From Candidatus Amesbacteria bacterium RIFCSPLOWO2_01_FULL_48_25 (GTDB lineage: Bacteria; Patescibacteriota; Microgenomatia; CAZETR01; Amesbacteraceae), in the NCBI GenBank assembly GCA_001773695.1, contig MEXN01000006.1, forward strand, positions 4,136-68,135: a stretch of 64,000 nt of DNA, read 5' to 3'. Made by a program: the position numbers and the translations under genes. Positions 1-9,389 of the stretch are shown one piece after another (the stretch's first letter is position 1; the number at the start of each line of letters is the position of its first letter). A model generated the notes under the pieces. It had not been told where the DNA came from. It saw nothing but the letters and a program-made list of their open reading frames with translations, and did not search any database.

Positions 1-536
1 TATCCGTTGGCCGGTACGCATGGCAAAAGGGGATCGACCTCCAGCTTAGAGCCATCGAAATGTTTAACCGGAGGATGGTAAAAAACTCTGCCCAGTTTAA
101 TTTTGTCGGCAGCGGGGAACTGGGAAAAATAATAGACGATTATACTAAAAGGCACAAAAATATAATTAATCTGAGATACATGAAATATGAAGTAATGCCA
201 AAACTTTACGCTCAAAACGACATATTCTTTCTCTGCTCCCGGGAGGAACCGTTCGGTTTGGTACTGGTGGAGGCTTGGGCCAGCGGACTGCCGGTATTGG
301 CCACCAGAACCGCCGGACCGATAGATATGTTAGTAAACGGGAAAAACGGCTGGTTTATCCCCCAAATCACCAGCAAGTCCATAAGCGATGCTCTGTATAA
401 AATCTACTTGAAACACACTCGAGACGCAAATTTTACTTATAAGATGCGAGAGCGTTGTCGGGAAACTGGGAGGATATTTAGTATAGACACCACTGCCCGA
501 AAAATGCATCAAACATTTTTTGCTTTCACCGCATGA
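1..536 (+). CDS. Glycosyltransferase family 4 (GT1/GT4 fold), C-terminal part; the 5' end lies outside the window
   Basis: The reading frame is open from nt 3. The GT4 C-terminal motif 'EPFGLVLVEAWASGLPVLATRTAGPIDMLVNGKNGWF' (E-x7-E region) is present. Confidence 0.7.
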   Translation, partial: SVGRYAWQKGIDLQLRAIEMFNRRMVKNSAQFNFVGSGELGKIIDDYTKRHKNIINLRYMKYEVMPKLYAQNDIFFLCSREEPFGLVLVEAWASGLPVLATRTAGPIDMLVNGKNGWFIPQITSKSISDALYKIYLKHTRDANFTYKMRERCRETGRIFSIDTTARKMHQTFFAFTA

Positions 537-1351
537 TGAAAACTGCTTTCTTAATAAACAAAATGCTTACGACTCTTTTGGTTAGCCATGAAATTTCCCT
601 GCATCACAAATCAGCTTTTATCATCAGGTATATATGCGACATGCTTTTCAATCTGATATTGCCTTCTCAAATAAAAACCTTTCACTTCATTGACGGCAAA
701 AAATTCAAATATTTTGGAATACATAAAAACTTACTCCTTGATCACATTTATAACCATCTCAAATATTATTCTAAATATTATTCCGGGGCTGAAGTCGTTG
801 TAGACGCGGGAGCCAGTTTTGGGACATTCTCAGCCATGGTTCACTATCTTAATCCAAATTGCGACATTTACTCAGTAGAAATGGATAAGACCAGCTTTAA
901 TTTATTGGAGGGTAATTGCACGGGAATAAAGAAAATTCATCTTTTTCACAACGCAGTTGGGGACAAGAATGCCCAGATCGGATATTACTTCAATAACCTA
1001 TACCCCGAGGGCTCGCAGGTTGGTGGCCGGAAAGAAGGGCAATACAAAAAAGTCAGCCAAGTGACTCTGGATCGTTTGGTGGAATTAAATCATATCCGGA
1101 AAATATCTTTACTGAAGATAGACACCGAGGGTTACGAAGTGCATGTATTAAAAGGCGCGCACCGGACACTCTCTATCTCTGACTGTGTTATCATAGAAAC
1201 CGACATCTTCCTTCCCAATTTAATAAGAGTCTTGCGAGTTATGGCAAAACACGGCTTCTTCCTTGTTTATTTTGGAGTCGTAAATTATGACCAAGATCGC
1301 ATCGGTTCACTGGACTTAATATTCAAGAAAAAAACCAATGCCGTCAGCTAA
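533..1351 (+). CDS. FkbM-family methyltransferase
   Basis: Contains 'VVVDAGASFGTFS' and 'LKIDTEGYEVHVLKGA', typical of FkbM-type SAM methyltransferases. ATGA overlap with the upstream gene. Confidence 0.6.
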   Translation: MMKTAFLINKMLTTLLVSHEISLHHKSAFIIRYICDMLFNLILPSQIKTFHFIDGKKFKYFGIHKNLLLDHIYNHLKYYSKYYSGAEVVVDAGASFGTFSAMVHYLNPNCDIYSVEMDKTSFNLLEGNCTGIKKIHLFHNAVGDKNAQIGYYFNNLYPEGSQVGGRKEGQYKKVSQVTLDRLVELNHIRKISLLKIDTEGYEVHVLKGAHRTLSISDCVIIETDIFLPNLIRVLRVMAKHGFFLVYFGVVNYDQDRIGSLDLIFKKKTNAVS

Positions 1352-2027
1352 ACCCATTACCGATATCGGTCTGTATTATGAAAAGAGTTGGCAGCATATA
1401 GAAGGTCTACAGATGTCAAAGGAGTTGGCCGACTTAGGCTATTCTTGGGTACGTAAAATAGGAGCGAAAAGGTGTCTCGATTTAGGTTGCGGAGACGGCT
1501 CGAACTGTATAAGCCTGAAAAAGATAGTGCCGGAAGTGAAAGGATGTGATATTTCTCCAAACGCTGTTATTAAGGCATCCAAAAAAGGAATTAATGCTAA
1601 AGTCGTTGATCTTAACCAAAAAAAATTTCCGTACAAAAAAAGCAGCTTTGACCTGGTCTGGCTTACCGACGTGATAGAACACGTTTTTTGGCCAGACAGT
1701 TTGTTATCGAATATTTACGAGATTCTCACGAAAAACGGATATCTATTTCTCACTACCCCCAACGTGTCTTGGTTCATTAACAGGTTTCAAATATTGAATG
1801 GCAATACTTTATATGATATTCATCCCCAGCATATTCATTGGTTTAACCAGAAAAGATTATTGGAAATTTTGACTAACCACGGTTTTAAAATCGTAAACTT
1901 CTCCTCCTATAAAAGGATAGTTCCATATCCACTGTCTCTAAAATTTCCATCACTCGACAAACTGAATTTCGTTGGCCCCCCTGATAACATTTTCAGCCAT
2001 ACTTATGCGGTTTTAGCCCGCAGGTAA
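1338..2027 (+). CDS. Class I SAM-dependent methyltransferase
   Basis: Motif I 'CLDLGCGDGSNC' and a downstream 'DLVWLTDVIEHV' motif. Confidence 0.6.
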   Translation: MPSAKPITDIGLYYEKSWQHIEGLQMSKELADLGYSWVRKIGAKRCLDLGCGDGSNCISLKKIVPEVKGCDISPNAVIKASKKGINAKVVDLNQKKFPYKKSSFDLVWLTDVIEHVFWPDSLLSNIYEILTKNGYLFLTTPNVSWFINRFQILNGNTLYDIHPQHIHWFNQKRLLEILTNHGFKIVNFSSYKRIVPYPLSLKFPSLDKLNFVGPPDNIFSHTYAVLARR

Positions 2028-2036
2028 GCTCCACTT

Positions 2037-3260
2037 ATGTTTCGTAAATTATTCTCGCTCCGGTGGCTGTTCCTTTTCGTTATAACGCCCATGGTGTTAA
2101 TCGCCATAGGTGTGTTTCTGTCTTTAGCTAAAATCTATCGCGAGGATGTGAGCTTTCTTACTTTGACATTCGATCACCCCATGTCCCAACTGGTCAGTTG
2201 GAAGACCGGCGAGCTTCTCTCCGGAGAAAAAATAGTAGGACAATTTACAGCCCAGGACGGCTATCTGGGGATCGTTGCCGTCAGGTTCGACAACCTCTTG
2301 AGAATAAACGACGACTGGGTGATTTTTCGGATAAGAGAAAAGGACGCATCTCGGTGGTATTACCAAAATAAATACAAGGTGGATCAATTTCAACCTCACC
2401 AACTTTTCCCCTTCGGGTTTCCTATAATCACGAAGTCTTCCCAGAAAGAATATATTTTTGAAGTCGAATCAGTATTCGGAGTTCCAGGAAATTCAATCAG
2501 CCTTGATCCAGCCTACCCAGTGTTCTCGACCAGGTACAAATACCCCAGGGATCAAATACTGGGAGAGTTGGATGAACTTGATGCATTTCTGCCCAAAAAA
2601 CTAACTAGTCTCAAAACTGACGAACAAGATCTCGCTATTCAAATCAAAACTCTAGTCGGTTTCTTGCAAAAAAAGGCCACAAATTTTGGCAAAGCACAGT
2701 CACAGCAATCCTTATTCGTTAAATACTTCCTAAGGAAAGTTGAAAACATCTTTATTAATGTCAAGCTTTCTCGCTCGGTTGTTTTTTATTTTCTACCGTT
2801 ATTCGTCTACCAATATTGGTTATGGGTTCACTCTCATGTCAAAAGGAAAATTTATTTTCCCGTTTTATTTCCGCTATTAGTAACAATTCTTGAAATATTT
2901 TACCTGCCCACCTCCGACGACTTCGTCACTTTAGAAACAATCATCTTTTGGATAATGATAGTAAGACATTACCAACTAAAAACATCCATACTCATTGGTT
3001 TAGCTTCAGTTTTTTTAATTGCCAGCCCCATTTTACTGGAACTAAATCAGGCAATTTTTGCTGAAAAAACCGGAGCATGGGCATTTCTTCTTCTGTTTAT
3101 AGGAGTGCTGTTTGTAATTGTTAATTACAAAATCAGCTTACGGCAGGAAACAAGCGTTAAGAGATTGACCTACCACCTGATATCTGAAATGAAGAAGATC
3201 ATTCGGCTTCTTTTCCAGATATTTCATCCTAAAAAATCACTTCTTTCGACAAACCACTAG
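2037..3260 (+). CDS. Hypothetical membrane protein (N-terminal TM, soluble domain, C-terminal TM helices)
   Basis: Long ORF with hydrophobic segments; no recognisable family. Confidence 0.4.
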   Translation: MFRKLFSLRWLFLFVITPMVLIAIGVFLSLAKIYREDVSFLTLTFDHPMSQLVSWKTGELLSGEKIVGQFTAQDGYLGIVAVRFDNLLRINDDWVIFRIREKDASRWYYQNKYKVDQFQPHQLFPFGFPIITKSSQKEYIFEVESVFGVPGNSISLDPAYPVFSTRYKYPRDQILGELDELDAFLPKKLTSLKTDEQDLAIQIKTLVGFLQKKATNFGKAQSQQSLFVKYFLRKVENIFINVKLSRSVVFYFLPLFVYQYWLWVHSHVKRKIYFPVLFPLLVTILEIFYLPTSDDFVTLETIIFWIMIVRHYQLKTSILIGLASVFLIASPILLELNQAIFAEKTGAWAFLLLFIGVLFVIVNYKISLRQETSVKRLTYHLISEMKKIIRLLFQIFHPKKSLLSTNH

Positions 3261-3965
3261 ATATCTTACGGGAAAAAAAGAGAATGGGATTCCTTTAATG
3301 TCAACTAATCTCCACCTACTTTCTGAGTCTTTCTTGAAACTTCTCAGGTCATAGGCCCGCAAGTGCCATTCTTCCGTCATGTCTCTGGGAATATTAGGAA
3401 AAAAATAGTTGAACAAGTGTAACTTAATTAACGCGCCTTTGAGATAATTGATCAATGGCTCATTTGGAAAGGTTATTACCATCGTCCCGTTCGGTTTTAA
3501 TACCCGGCATAACTCCTTGAGCATTTTTTTTGGACTCATAACATGTTCAATCACCTCAGAGCATTCAACTTTATCAAAATAATTGTCCCTAACCGGTATT
3601 TTTTCCAAGTCTCCAACTATAAATTTATAATTATTTTGCACTCCCAAATTATCTTTAGCCCTACGGATGGCCTCTTTTGAAATATCAATCAATGAGACCT
3701 CGCCATTTTTTAAGTATCTTTCTATATGTCCTTCTCCACTACCAGCAGCCAAAATTTTGTCCGAGTCTTTTATTGGTAACAGATGATTCAGAAGTTGCTT
3801 AACTCGCATACTTTCTACAAATCGGATTATCAAATTTGGATGATTATAAACCCGCTCGTTATTGTACTTGCAAAACATTTCTTCATTCCATCTTCGAAAA
3901 TTTCTTGTAGTTACTTTGGGATATATGGGAAACTTTGGCATAATATAGGTAATTGTACATCTCAT
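3237..3965 (-). CDS. Class I SAM-dependent methyltransferase
   Basis: Contains 'ILAAGSGEGHIERYL' and 'DKVECSEVIEHV' motifs. Confidence 0.6.
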   Translation of the reverse strand: MRCTITYIMPKFPIYPKVTTRNFRRWNEEMFCKYNNERVYNHPNLIIRFVESMRVKQLLNHLLPIKDSDKILAAGSGEGHIERYLKNGEVSLIDISKEAIRRAKDNLGVQNNYKFIVGDLEKIPVRDNYFDKVECSEVIEHVMSPKKMLKELCRVLKPNGTMVITFPNEPLINYLKGALIKLHLFNYFFPNIPRDMTEEWHLRAYDLRSFKKDSESRWRLVDIKGIPFSFFPVRYLVVCRKK

Positions 3966-5268
3966 GACTAAAAATAACCTCTCCCAATTCTGGCCGCTGA
4001 TTCCAATTGGGCTAACTCAAATTTTCGTTCTTTCCAAAATTCAGTTTACTCCTTGGCCGGAAATGCTTCTTTGGCCCTGGTTAGTAAATCATGGGTGGCT
4101 GCCGTTTTCTGACCTCATCGTCGCCCATGCCCCCTTACTATATACATCTTTAGCTCTTTGGTATCGGGTCATGGGCACAGGATTGGTGTCCTTAAAAATT
4201 TTCACCTGGAGCTATATTTTTCTCACAGCCATTATCCTTTGGGTGATTGCGGCTAAGCAGTCAGGAAAAAAAACAGCTACGATTTCAGTCATTTTCTATG
4301 CACTGCTTCAAACCGTTTATCAAGGAAACGGCATGTGGTTTGACTTAGGCCTGGCCCCCCTAATTCTTTTGGCGTATTACTTCTTAAAATCACGTCAACC
4401 GGTCTTCGCTGGCGTTTTTTTTGCAGTCGCCCTCTTTACCAAGCAAACTGCTTTCTGGCTTATTGTCCCAGTTCTTTTGGAAACAATTATCAGCCGGTCT
4501 ACAAAACGCTTTTTTGTCTCGGTGGCAGCCATATCTCTAATTATTCTTACAGGCCTAGCAGCTACAAGATCCTTAGACAATTTTTACCGTTGGGCGATTC
4601 AAGCGGGCGTGCTTAATCTATCTCGAACTCAATGGCAGTCACAATGGCCGGCGTTATCGTCGGCTACAGCATTTCTTTTTTTGCCACTGGCAGCCGCTTT
4701 TCTTAACCCCCGGTTGGCACCTTGGATCCTCTTTGCCTCCATGGGGACATTTCCCCGATGGGAACTCTTTCATTTTCAACCAGCCATTCCTTTTATAGCT
4801 CTAGGACTAGCCCAAGCCTCTATCAGAAACAAGAGGCTGTTTATTACCTTGCTTGTTCCCTTGTGTCTTTTGTACTTTAAAGTTTTAACTCGGGATTGGA
4901 ACCGCCCCGACAGATTTTTCGACGTCGACACCCTCCTTGCTGCAAAATTCATCCAAGTCTATACCCAACCCCAAGATACACTGTATGTTTTCAACTACTG
5001 GGATCATCTCTACCCCCTCTCTAATCGACTGCCCGCAACACGACCGTTTGTTCCAGGATTCCCGATTTTTTTAAACGCGCCAGGTATTCAGGAAGCTATA
5101 ATTAACAATCTCCAAGATAAACAGCCTCCGTATATAATCTTTCATCCACTTGAAAGCTCTGGTTACGGATCATATCAACCTCAACTTATTTGGAGATTTC
5201 TCACCCAGAATTATTATCTTTATAATAAAATCTCCGATCAGGTATGGGTACTCAAAAGAAACAATTAA
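3964..5268 (+). CDS. Polytopic membrane protein, probable GT-C fold glycosyltransferase (PMT/ArnT-like)
   Basis: At least 10 predicted TM helices with 'FTKQTAFWLIVPVLL'-type segments; sits inside the glycosylation locus. Confidence 0.45.
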   Translation: MTKNNLSQFWPLIPIGLTQIFVLSKIQFTPWPEMLLWPWLVNHGWLPFSDLIVAHAPLLYTSLALWYRVMGTGLVSLKIFTWSYIFLTAIILWVIAAKQSGKKTATISVIFYALLQTVYQGNGMWFDLGLAPLILLAYYFLKSRQPVFAGVFFAVALFTKQTAFWLIVPVLLETIISRSTKRFFVSVAAISLIILTGLAATRSLDNFYRWAIQAGVLNLSRTQWQSQWPALSSATAFLFLPLAAAFLNPRLAPWILFASMGTFPRWELFHFQPAIPFIALGLAQASIRNKRLFITLLVPLCLLYFKVLTRDWNRPDRFFDVDTLLAAKFIQVYTQPQDTLYVFNYWDHLYPLSNRLPATRPFVPGFPIFLNAPGIQEAIINNLQDKQPPYIIFHPLESSGYGSYQPQLIWRFLTQNYYLYNKISDQVWVLKRNN

Positions 5269-6485
5269 AAATATGTATCATCGGCGCTGGCTTTACTGGC
5301 TTGGCCGCGGCTTATTATTTATCCAAAGCTGGGCATCTCGTTGAAGTTTTTGAAAAAGAATCCCAACCCGGCGGCCTAGCCATAGGTTTTCAAGATCCCA
5401 ACTGGGAGTGGCCACTAGAACAACATTATCATCATTGGTTCGAGTCAGATTGGGCTATTCGCAACTTAGCTACCGAGATCGGTCATTCGGTAACTTTCAC
5501 CCGCCCAGTTACCTCGACGTGGATAAACGGCCGGATATCCCAACTAGACTCTCCCATCAGTCTTCTCAAATTTTCTCATCTGTCAATGGAAGCTCGCCTC
5601 CGAACCGCAGTTGGCTTAGCGGGGTTGCGTTTTAACCCCTTTTGGCAGCCTTTCGAATATTTCACTGCCAAAAGTTATATTCGGGCGATTATGGGGGAAG
5701 CTTCTTGGAAGGATTTGTGGGAACCATTGTTTGTCGGTAAATTCGATAAATATGCTGGGGACATATCTGCAGCGTGGCTCTGGGCCAGAATTTACAAGAG
5801 AAGCCCGACCTTGGGTTATCCAGAAGGCGGATTTCTCTCATTTGCCAAATCTTTAGAACTTGCAGCCATAAATTATGGAGCCAAATTCTATTATCATCAC
5901 CCAGTCAGTCACATCAACGAACTTTTGCCGCAGTTTGACAAGGTTATCTGCACCTTGCCAACGCCCCTATTCGAAAAAATTTCCGGCCTGACCTACCCCA
6001 AATTAGAAGGCATCGGGGCAGTTAATCTAGTCCTCGCCCTCAAACACCAATTTCTCACCGACGGATCTTATTGGTTAAATATCAATGATCGAAAAATGCC
6101 TTTCCTGGCCGTTGTCGAACACACCAACTTTATTGAGCCGAAACACTACGGCGGCGAACATTTGTTATATGTAGGCAACTACTTACCCTCCAATCACGAG
6201 TTTTTCCGGCTTTCAGAAAATGACCTTGTCCAAAAATTCTTGCCTTATTTAAAAATGATTAGCCCCAAATTCACCCAATCATGGATTAGAAAATCTTGGG
6301 CTTTCAAGGCTCCATTTGCTCAACCCATAATAACTAAAAACTACTCCCAGCTCATTCCTCCTCTCTCTACCTCCATCTCAAATCTCTACCTCGCGAATAT
6401 CCAGCAAGTCTACCCTTGGGACAGAGGCACTAATTATGCCGTAGAATTAGGGCGACAAGTAGCAGACTTATGTTTAAAAAAATAA
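5244..6485 (+). CDS. FAD/NAD(P)-binding oxidoreductase (amine-oxidase / protoporphyrinogen-oxidase-like Rossmann fold)
   Basis: N-terminal dinucleotide-binding motif 'ICIIGAGFTGLAAAYYLSKAGHLVEVFEKESQPGG'. Confidence 0.6.
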   Translation: MGTQKKQLKICIIGAGFTGLAAAYYLSKAGHLVEVFEKESQPGGLAIGFQDPNWEWPLEQHYHHWFESDWAIRNLATEIGHSVTFTRPVTSTWINGRISQLDSPISLLKFSHLSMEARLRTAVGLAGLRFNPFWQPFEYFTAKSYIRAIMGEASWKDLWEPLFVGKFDKYAGDISAAWLWARIYKRSPTLGYPEGGFLSFAKSLELAAINYGAKFYYHHPVSHINELLPQFDKVICTLPTPLFEKISGLTYPKLEGIGAVNLVLALKHQFLTDGSYWLNINDRKMPFLAVVEHTNFIEPKHYGGEHLLYVGNYLPSNHEFFRLSENDLVQKFLPYLKMISPKFTQSWIRKSWAFKAPFAQPIITKNYSQLIPPLSTSISNLYLANIQQVYPWDRGTNYAVELGRQVADLCLKK

Positions 6486-7723
6486 CCTCGATCGCCCAGA
6501 CTCACACTTTCAAAAGCTCCATCATTACTTCACTCTCTACCTTTTTGACAGCCGGACTGGGAGCAGTATTTTACCTTTTTGTAGCCAAAGCCCTGGGAGT
6601 TAAAGAATATGGGCTATTTTCCTTGAGTCTGACCTTTTTTACCATAGGAGTGACGGTGGGAGACGTGGGTATGGGCCAAAGCCTGATTAAGTTTGTTGGT
6701 GCCTCCGTTGATACCAATTATTATTATCCTTATGCCAAACTGGCGTTGTTTGTAAAGCTTTTCCTGGGTTTAATCATGGCTGTTGCGGCTTGGACATTGG
6801 CTTTTCCCATAGCCAATTTTTTTCGTCATCCCGAAATTTCCCCTCTTCTGCCAGTCATCGGAATAGCCATCCCTCTCCAACTTTTACTCTTTCTCGCACT
6901 CGTCATTCTCCAGGGACAACAGAGGTTTCTCCTCTGGGGAGGAATTCAAGTCGGATCGAATCTGATCCGGCTTCTTATACTTGGCGTTATCATCCTGGCC
7001 TTCACCATGTCTTCCCGAAACGTGCTCTTGGGTTTCACCTTGGCAATTTTTCTAGCAGCAGTGGTTTCCTGGGCCAGGTTAGATTACCGGTTCATTTTTT
7101 CGAAAATTAGCAGTCAACATATCAAAGATTTTTTTGACTTTAGCAAATGGACCGCCGCCTTTATGGCTCTGTCCTCCCTGGTCAGCCGGCTGGACATCTT
7201 TCTATTGGCCAAATGGAGCGGAGACCTAAGCCAAGTGGGAGTCTACTCTTTGGGAGTAACCATGGCCTCGTTTCTTCCCCAACTGGGGGGAGCATTAGGC
7301 GCTGTCACCTCGCCCAAGTTTGCCGGCTTCCAAGACGCGGCCTCTGCCTCCCGTTACTTAAAAAAATCCACCCTCTTCGTTATCTTGACTGCCGTCGGCG
7401 TTGCTCTGATTATGATCCCGGCGGCGCTACTCGTCGTTTGGTTTACTGGTCGGGACTTTCAGGCCTCTTTTAGCCCGTTTCTTATCCTATTGGCTTCTTT
7501 CACCATATTTCTGTTCACCAATCCCCTTAGAGACTGCCTGCTTTATTATTACCGTCGCCCGGACTTTTTTTGGTGGCTCAACCTGGGTCAGGGGACCGTT
7601 TTGATTGTCGCGAGCTTCTTTCTCATTCCCACATACGGCGTGGCCGGTGCCGCGTTTTCAGTACTTATTAGTCACATCTTCACACTCTTTACCAGCATTT
7701 GGTTTTTTAAAAAAGTTTCATGA
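6470..7723 (+). CDS. Wzx-like oligosaccharide flippase (polysaccharide biosynthesis protein, MOP superfamily)
   Basis: About 417 aa with 12-14 TM helices; typical polysaccharide-transporter architecture and context. Confidence 0.55.
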   Translation: MFKKITSIAQTHTFKSSIITSLSTFLTAGLGAVFYLFVAKALGVKEYGLFSLSLTFFTIGVTVGDVGMGQSLIKFVGASVDTNYYYPYAKLALFVKLFLGLIMAVAAWTLAFPIANFFRHPEISPLLPVIGIAIPLQLLLFLALVILQGQQRFLLWGGIQVGSNLIRLLILGVIILAFTMSSRNVLLGFTLAIFLAAVVSWARLDYRFIFSKISSQHIKDFFDFSKWTAAFMALSSLVSRLDIFLLAKWSGDLSQVGVYSLGVTMASFLPQLGGALGAVTSPKFAGFQDAASASRYLKKSTLFVILTAVGVALIMIPAALLVVWFTGRDFQASFSPFLILLASFTIFLFTNPLRDCLLYYYRRPDFFWWLNLGQGTVLIVASFFLIPTYGVAGAAFSVLISHIFTLFTSIWFFKKVS

Positions 7724-8526
7724 AACTGGTTGCACACTCGCTTGTTAAAAACGAAGACCAATGGATCTGGTACTCACTAAATTCAGTCATAGATTATGTA
7801 GATGAAATAATGGTCTGGGACACCGGTTCCACTGACTCGACTGTTGAAATAATAAAAACTATTTCTTCTCCCAAAATTAAATTCCAGCTTCGTCTCGCCC
7901 CGACTCCTCAGGAAATGACCCAAGCCCGCCAGGAAATGTTAGATCAGACCCGTTCCGACTGGCTGATGATTTTAGACGGCGACGAGATCTGGACTCCGCC
8001 AGCATTCGAAGAATCACTAGCCGCTATTAATTCACAAAATTCACATTATTTAATAAATTCCTACATAAATCTCATCGGCGACGTTCATCACCGTCAAGAA
8101 AATCTTGCCGGTAAATACCACATCGGTCCCCATCAGGGTTTTGTCACCATCCGATTTATCAATCTCAATAAACTTGGTCGACTAAAATATCAAAGGGGCT
8201 ATCCGAATGAGATGATGACGCTATCGACCGGCGAGCCCTTACAAAGTTTTCATCCCGGACACGCACCCAAAATTTCCCATCCCTATCTTCATGCCTCCAA
8301 TCTATCCCGTACTTCATTGTCTCGCCCCAATACTATTAAAAGATCTCATGTTTTCAAATACGAACTTGGTCAGGCCCTTCCTTACGAATTTCCATATCCT
8401 AAGCCTTTTTATTACCCACATCCCGAGATAGTTCCCTCACCTTGGACTCACCGTGCTTGGAGTTACATTGCATATGCAGCTTGGCAAACCCCCCTCAAAT
8501 ATCTAAAACGTCGCCTGTTCTCATGA
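7720..8526 (+). CDS. Glycosyltransferase family 2-like
   Basis: N-terminal 'SLVKNEDQWIWYSLNSVIDYVDEIMVWDTGSTDST', a 'VKNEE...DTGSTD' GT2 signature. Confidence 0.55.
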   Translation: MKLVAHSLVKNEDQWIWYSLNSVIDYVDEIMVWDTGSTDSTVEIIKTISSPKIKFQLRLAPTPQEMTQARQEMLDQTRSDWLMILDGDEIWTPPAFEESLAAINSQNSHYLINSYINLIGDVHHRQENLAGKYHIGPHQGFVTIRFINLNKLGRLKYQRGYPNEMMTLSTGEPLQSFHPGHAPKISHPYLHASNLSRTSLSRPNTIKRSHVFKYELGQALPYEFPYPKPFYYPHPEIVPSPWTHRAWSYIAYAAWQTPLKYLKRRLFS

Positions 8527-9389
8527 AAATCGCTTTTTTAAGCTATTATTCCGGCCAGGTACATCGCGGAGCTGAGACTTTTGTTCACGAGCTTTCCACC
8601 CGTCTTAGAAATTATAGCCATCAAGTCTCAATTCACAAAAATATCTTCGATCGGGTAAACCCGGATGTCCAAATAGTCATCTCTACCAACGGCCGCCTCG
8701 ACGTTGTCCTAGCCAAGCTCTGGTGTCTGACTCATGGGGCAAAATTAATCATATCCGGTCAGTCAGGTCTGGGCTGGGACGACAAATTAAATCTCTGGGT
8801 TTTCCCGGACGCCTTTGTTGGCCTGACCGACTATCAGTGCCGATGGGCAAGACGGATCAATCCATTTGTAAATATCGTTAAAATCCCCAACGGAGTAGAC
8901 CTGAAAACGTTTAACCCAAACATTAAGCCCTTAAAAATTAGTCTTAAAAAACCGGTTATCCTTAATGTTGCCGCCCTCGAGCCAAATAAACGCCAGAATT
9001 TATTACTGAAGGCGGCGGTCAATTTTTCGGTATTGCTGGTCGGAAAGGGAACAGGTAAATATTTCACTCATGCCCAGATGCCACACGTGTACACCGCCTG
9101 CGACCTCTTTTCCTATCCTACTTCTTCCGCCGAGTCTTTCGGCATAGTCTTGCTTGAGGCCATGGCCTCTGGTTTGCCTGTTGTAACTACCAGCGACCCT
9201 ATTCGTCGGGAAATAGTAGGTGACGCAGGACTATTTGTCGACCCTACGGACACTCAATCTTTCACCACCGCACTTAACCAGGCCTTGATGATTGACTGGG
9301 GAGACAGACCTCGTCAGCAAGCATCAAAATTTTCGTGGGACAGCATAGCTCTTAAATATCATCAGCTATGTCAAAAACTCATCTCCTAG
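8523..9389 (+). CDS. Glycosyltransferase family 4
   Basis: 'MKIAFLSYYSGQVHRGAETFVHELS' at the N-terminus and 'ESFGIVLLEAMASGLPVVTT' near the C-terminus. The start was chosen at the ATGA overlap with the upstream stop. Confidence 0.65.
   Translation: MKIAFLSYYSGQVHRGAETFVHELSTRLRNYSHQVSIHKNIFDRVNPDVQIVISTNGRLDVVLAKLWCLTHGAKLIISGQSGLGWDDKLNLWVFPDAFVGLTDYQCRWARRINPFVNIVKIPNGVDLKTFNPNIKPLKISLKKPVILNVAALEPNKRQNLLLKAAVNFSVLLVGKGTGKYFTHAQMPHVYTACDLFSYPTSSAESFGIVLLEAMASGLPVVTTSDPIRREIVGDAGLFVDPTDTQSFTTALNQALMIDWGDRPRQQASKFSWDSIALKYHQLCQKLIS

Noticed and set aside
6790-7473. Alternative-frame ORFs of 106 and 108 aa inside the flippase gene
   Set aside because: They overlap a well-supported long membrane-protein ORF entirely and have proline/serine/arginine-rich low-complexity translations typical of off-frame artefacts.
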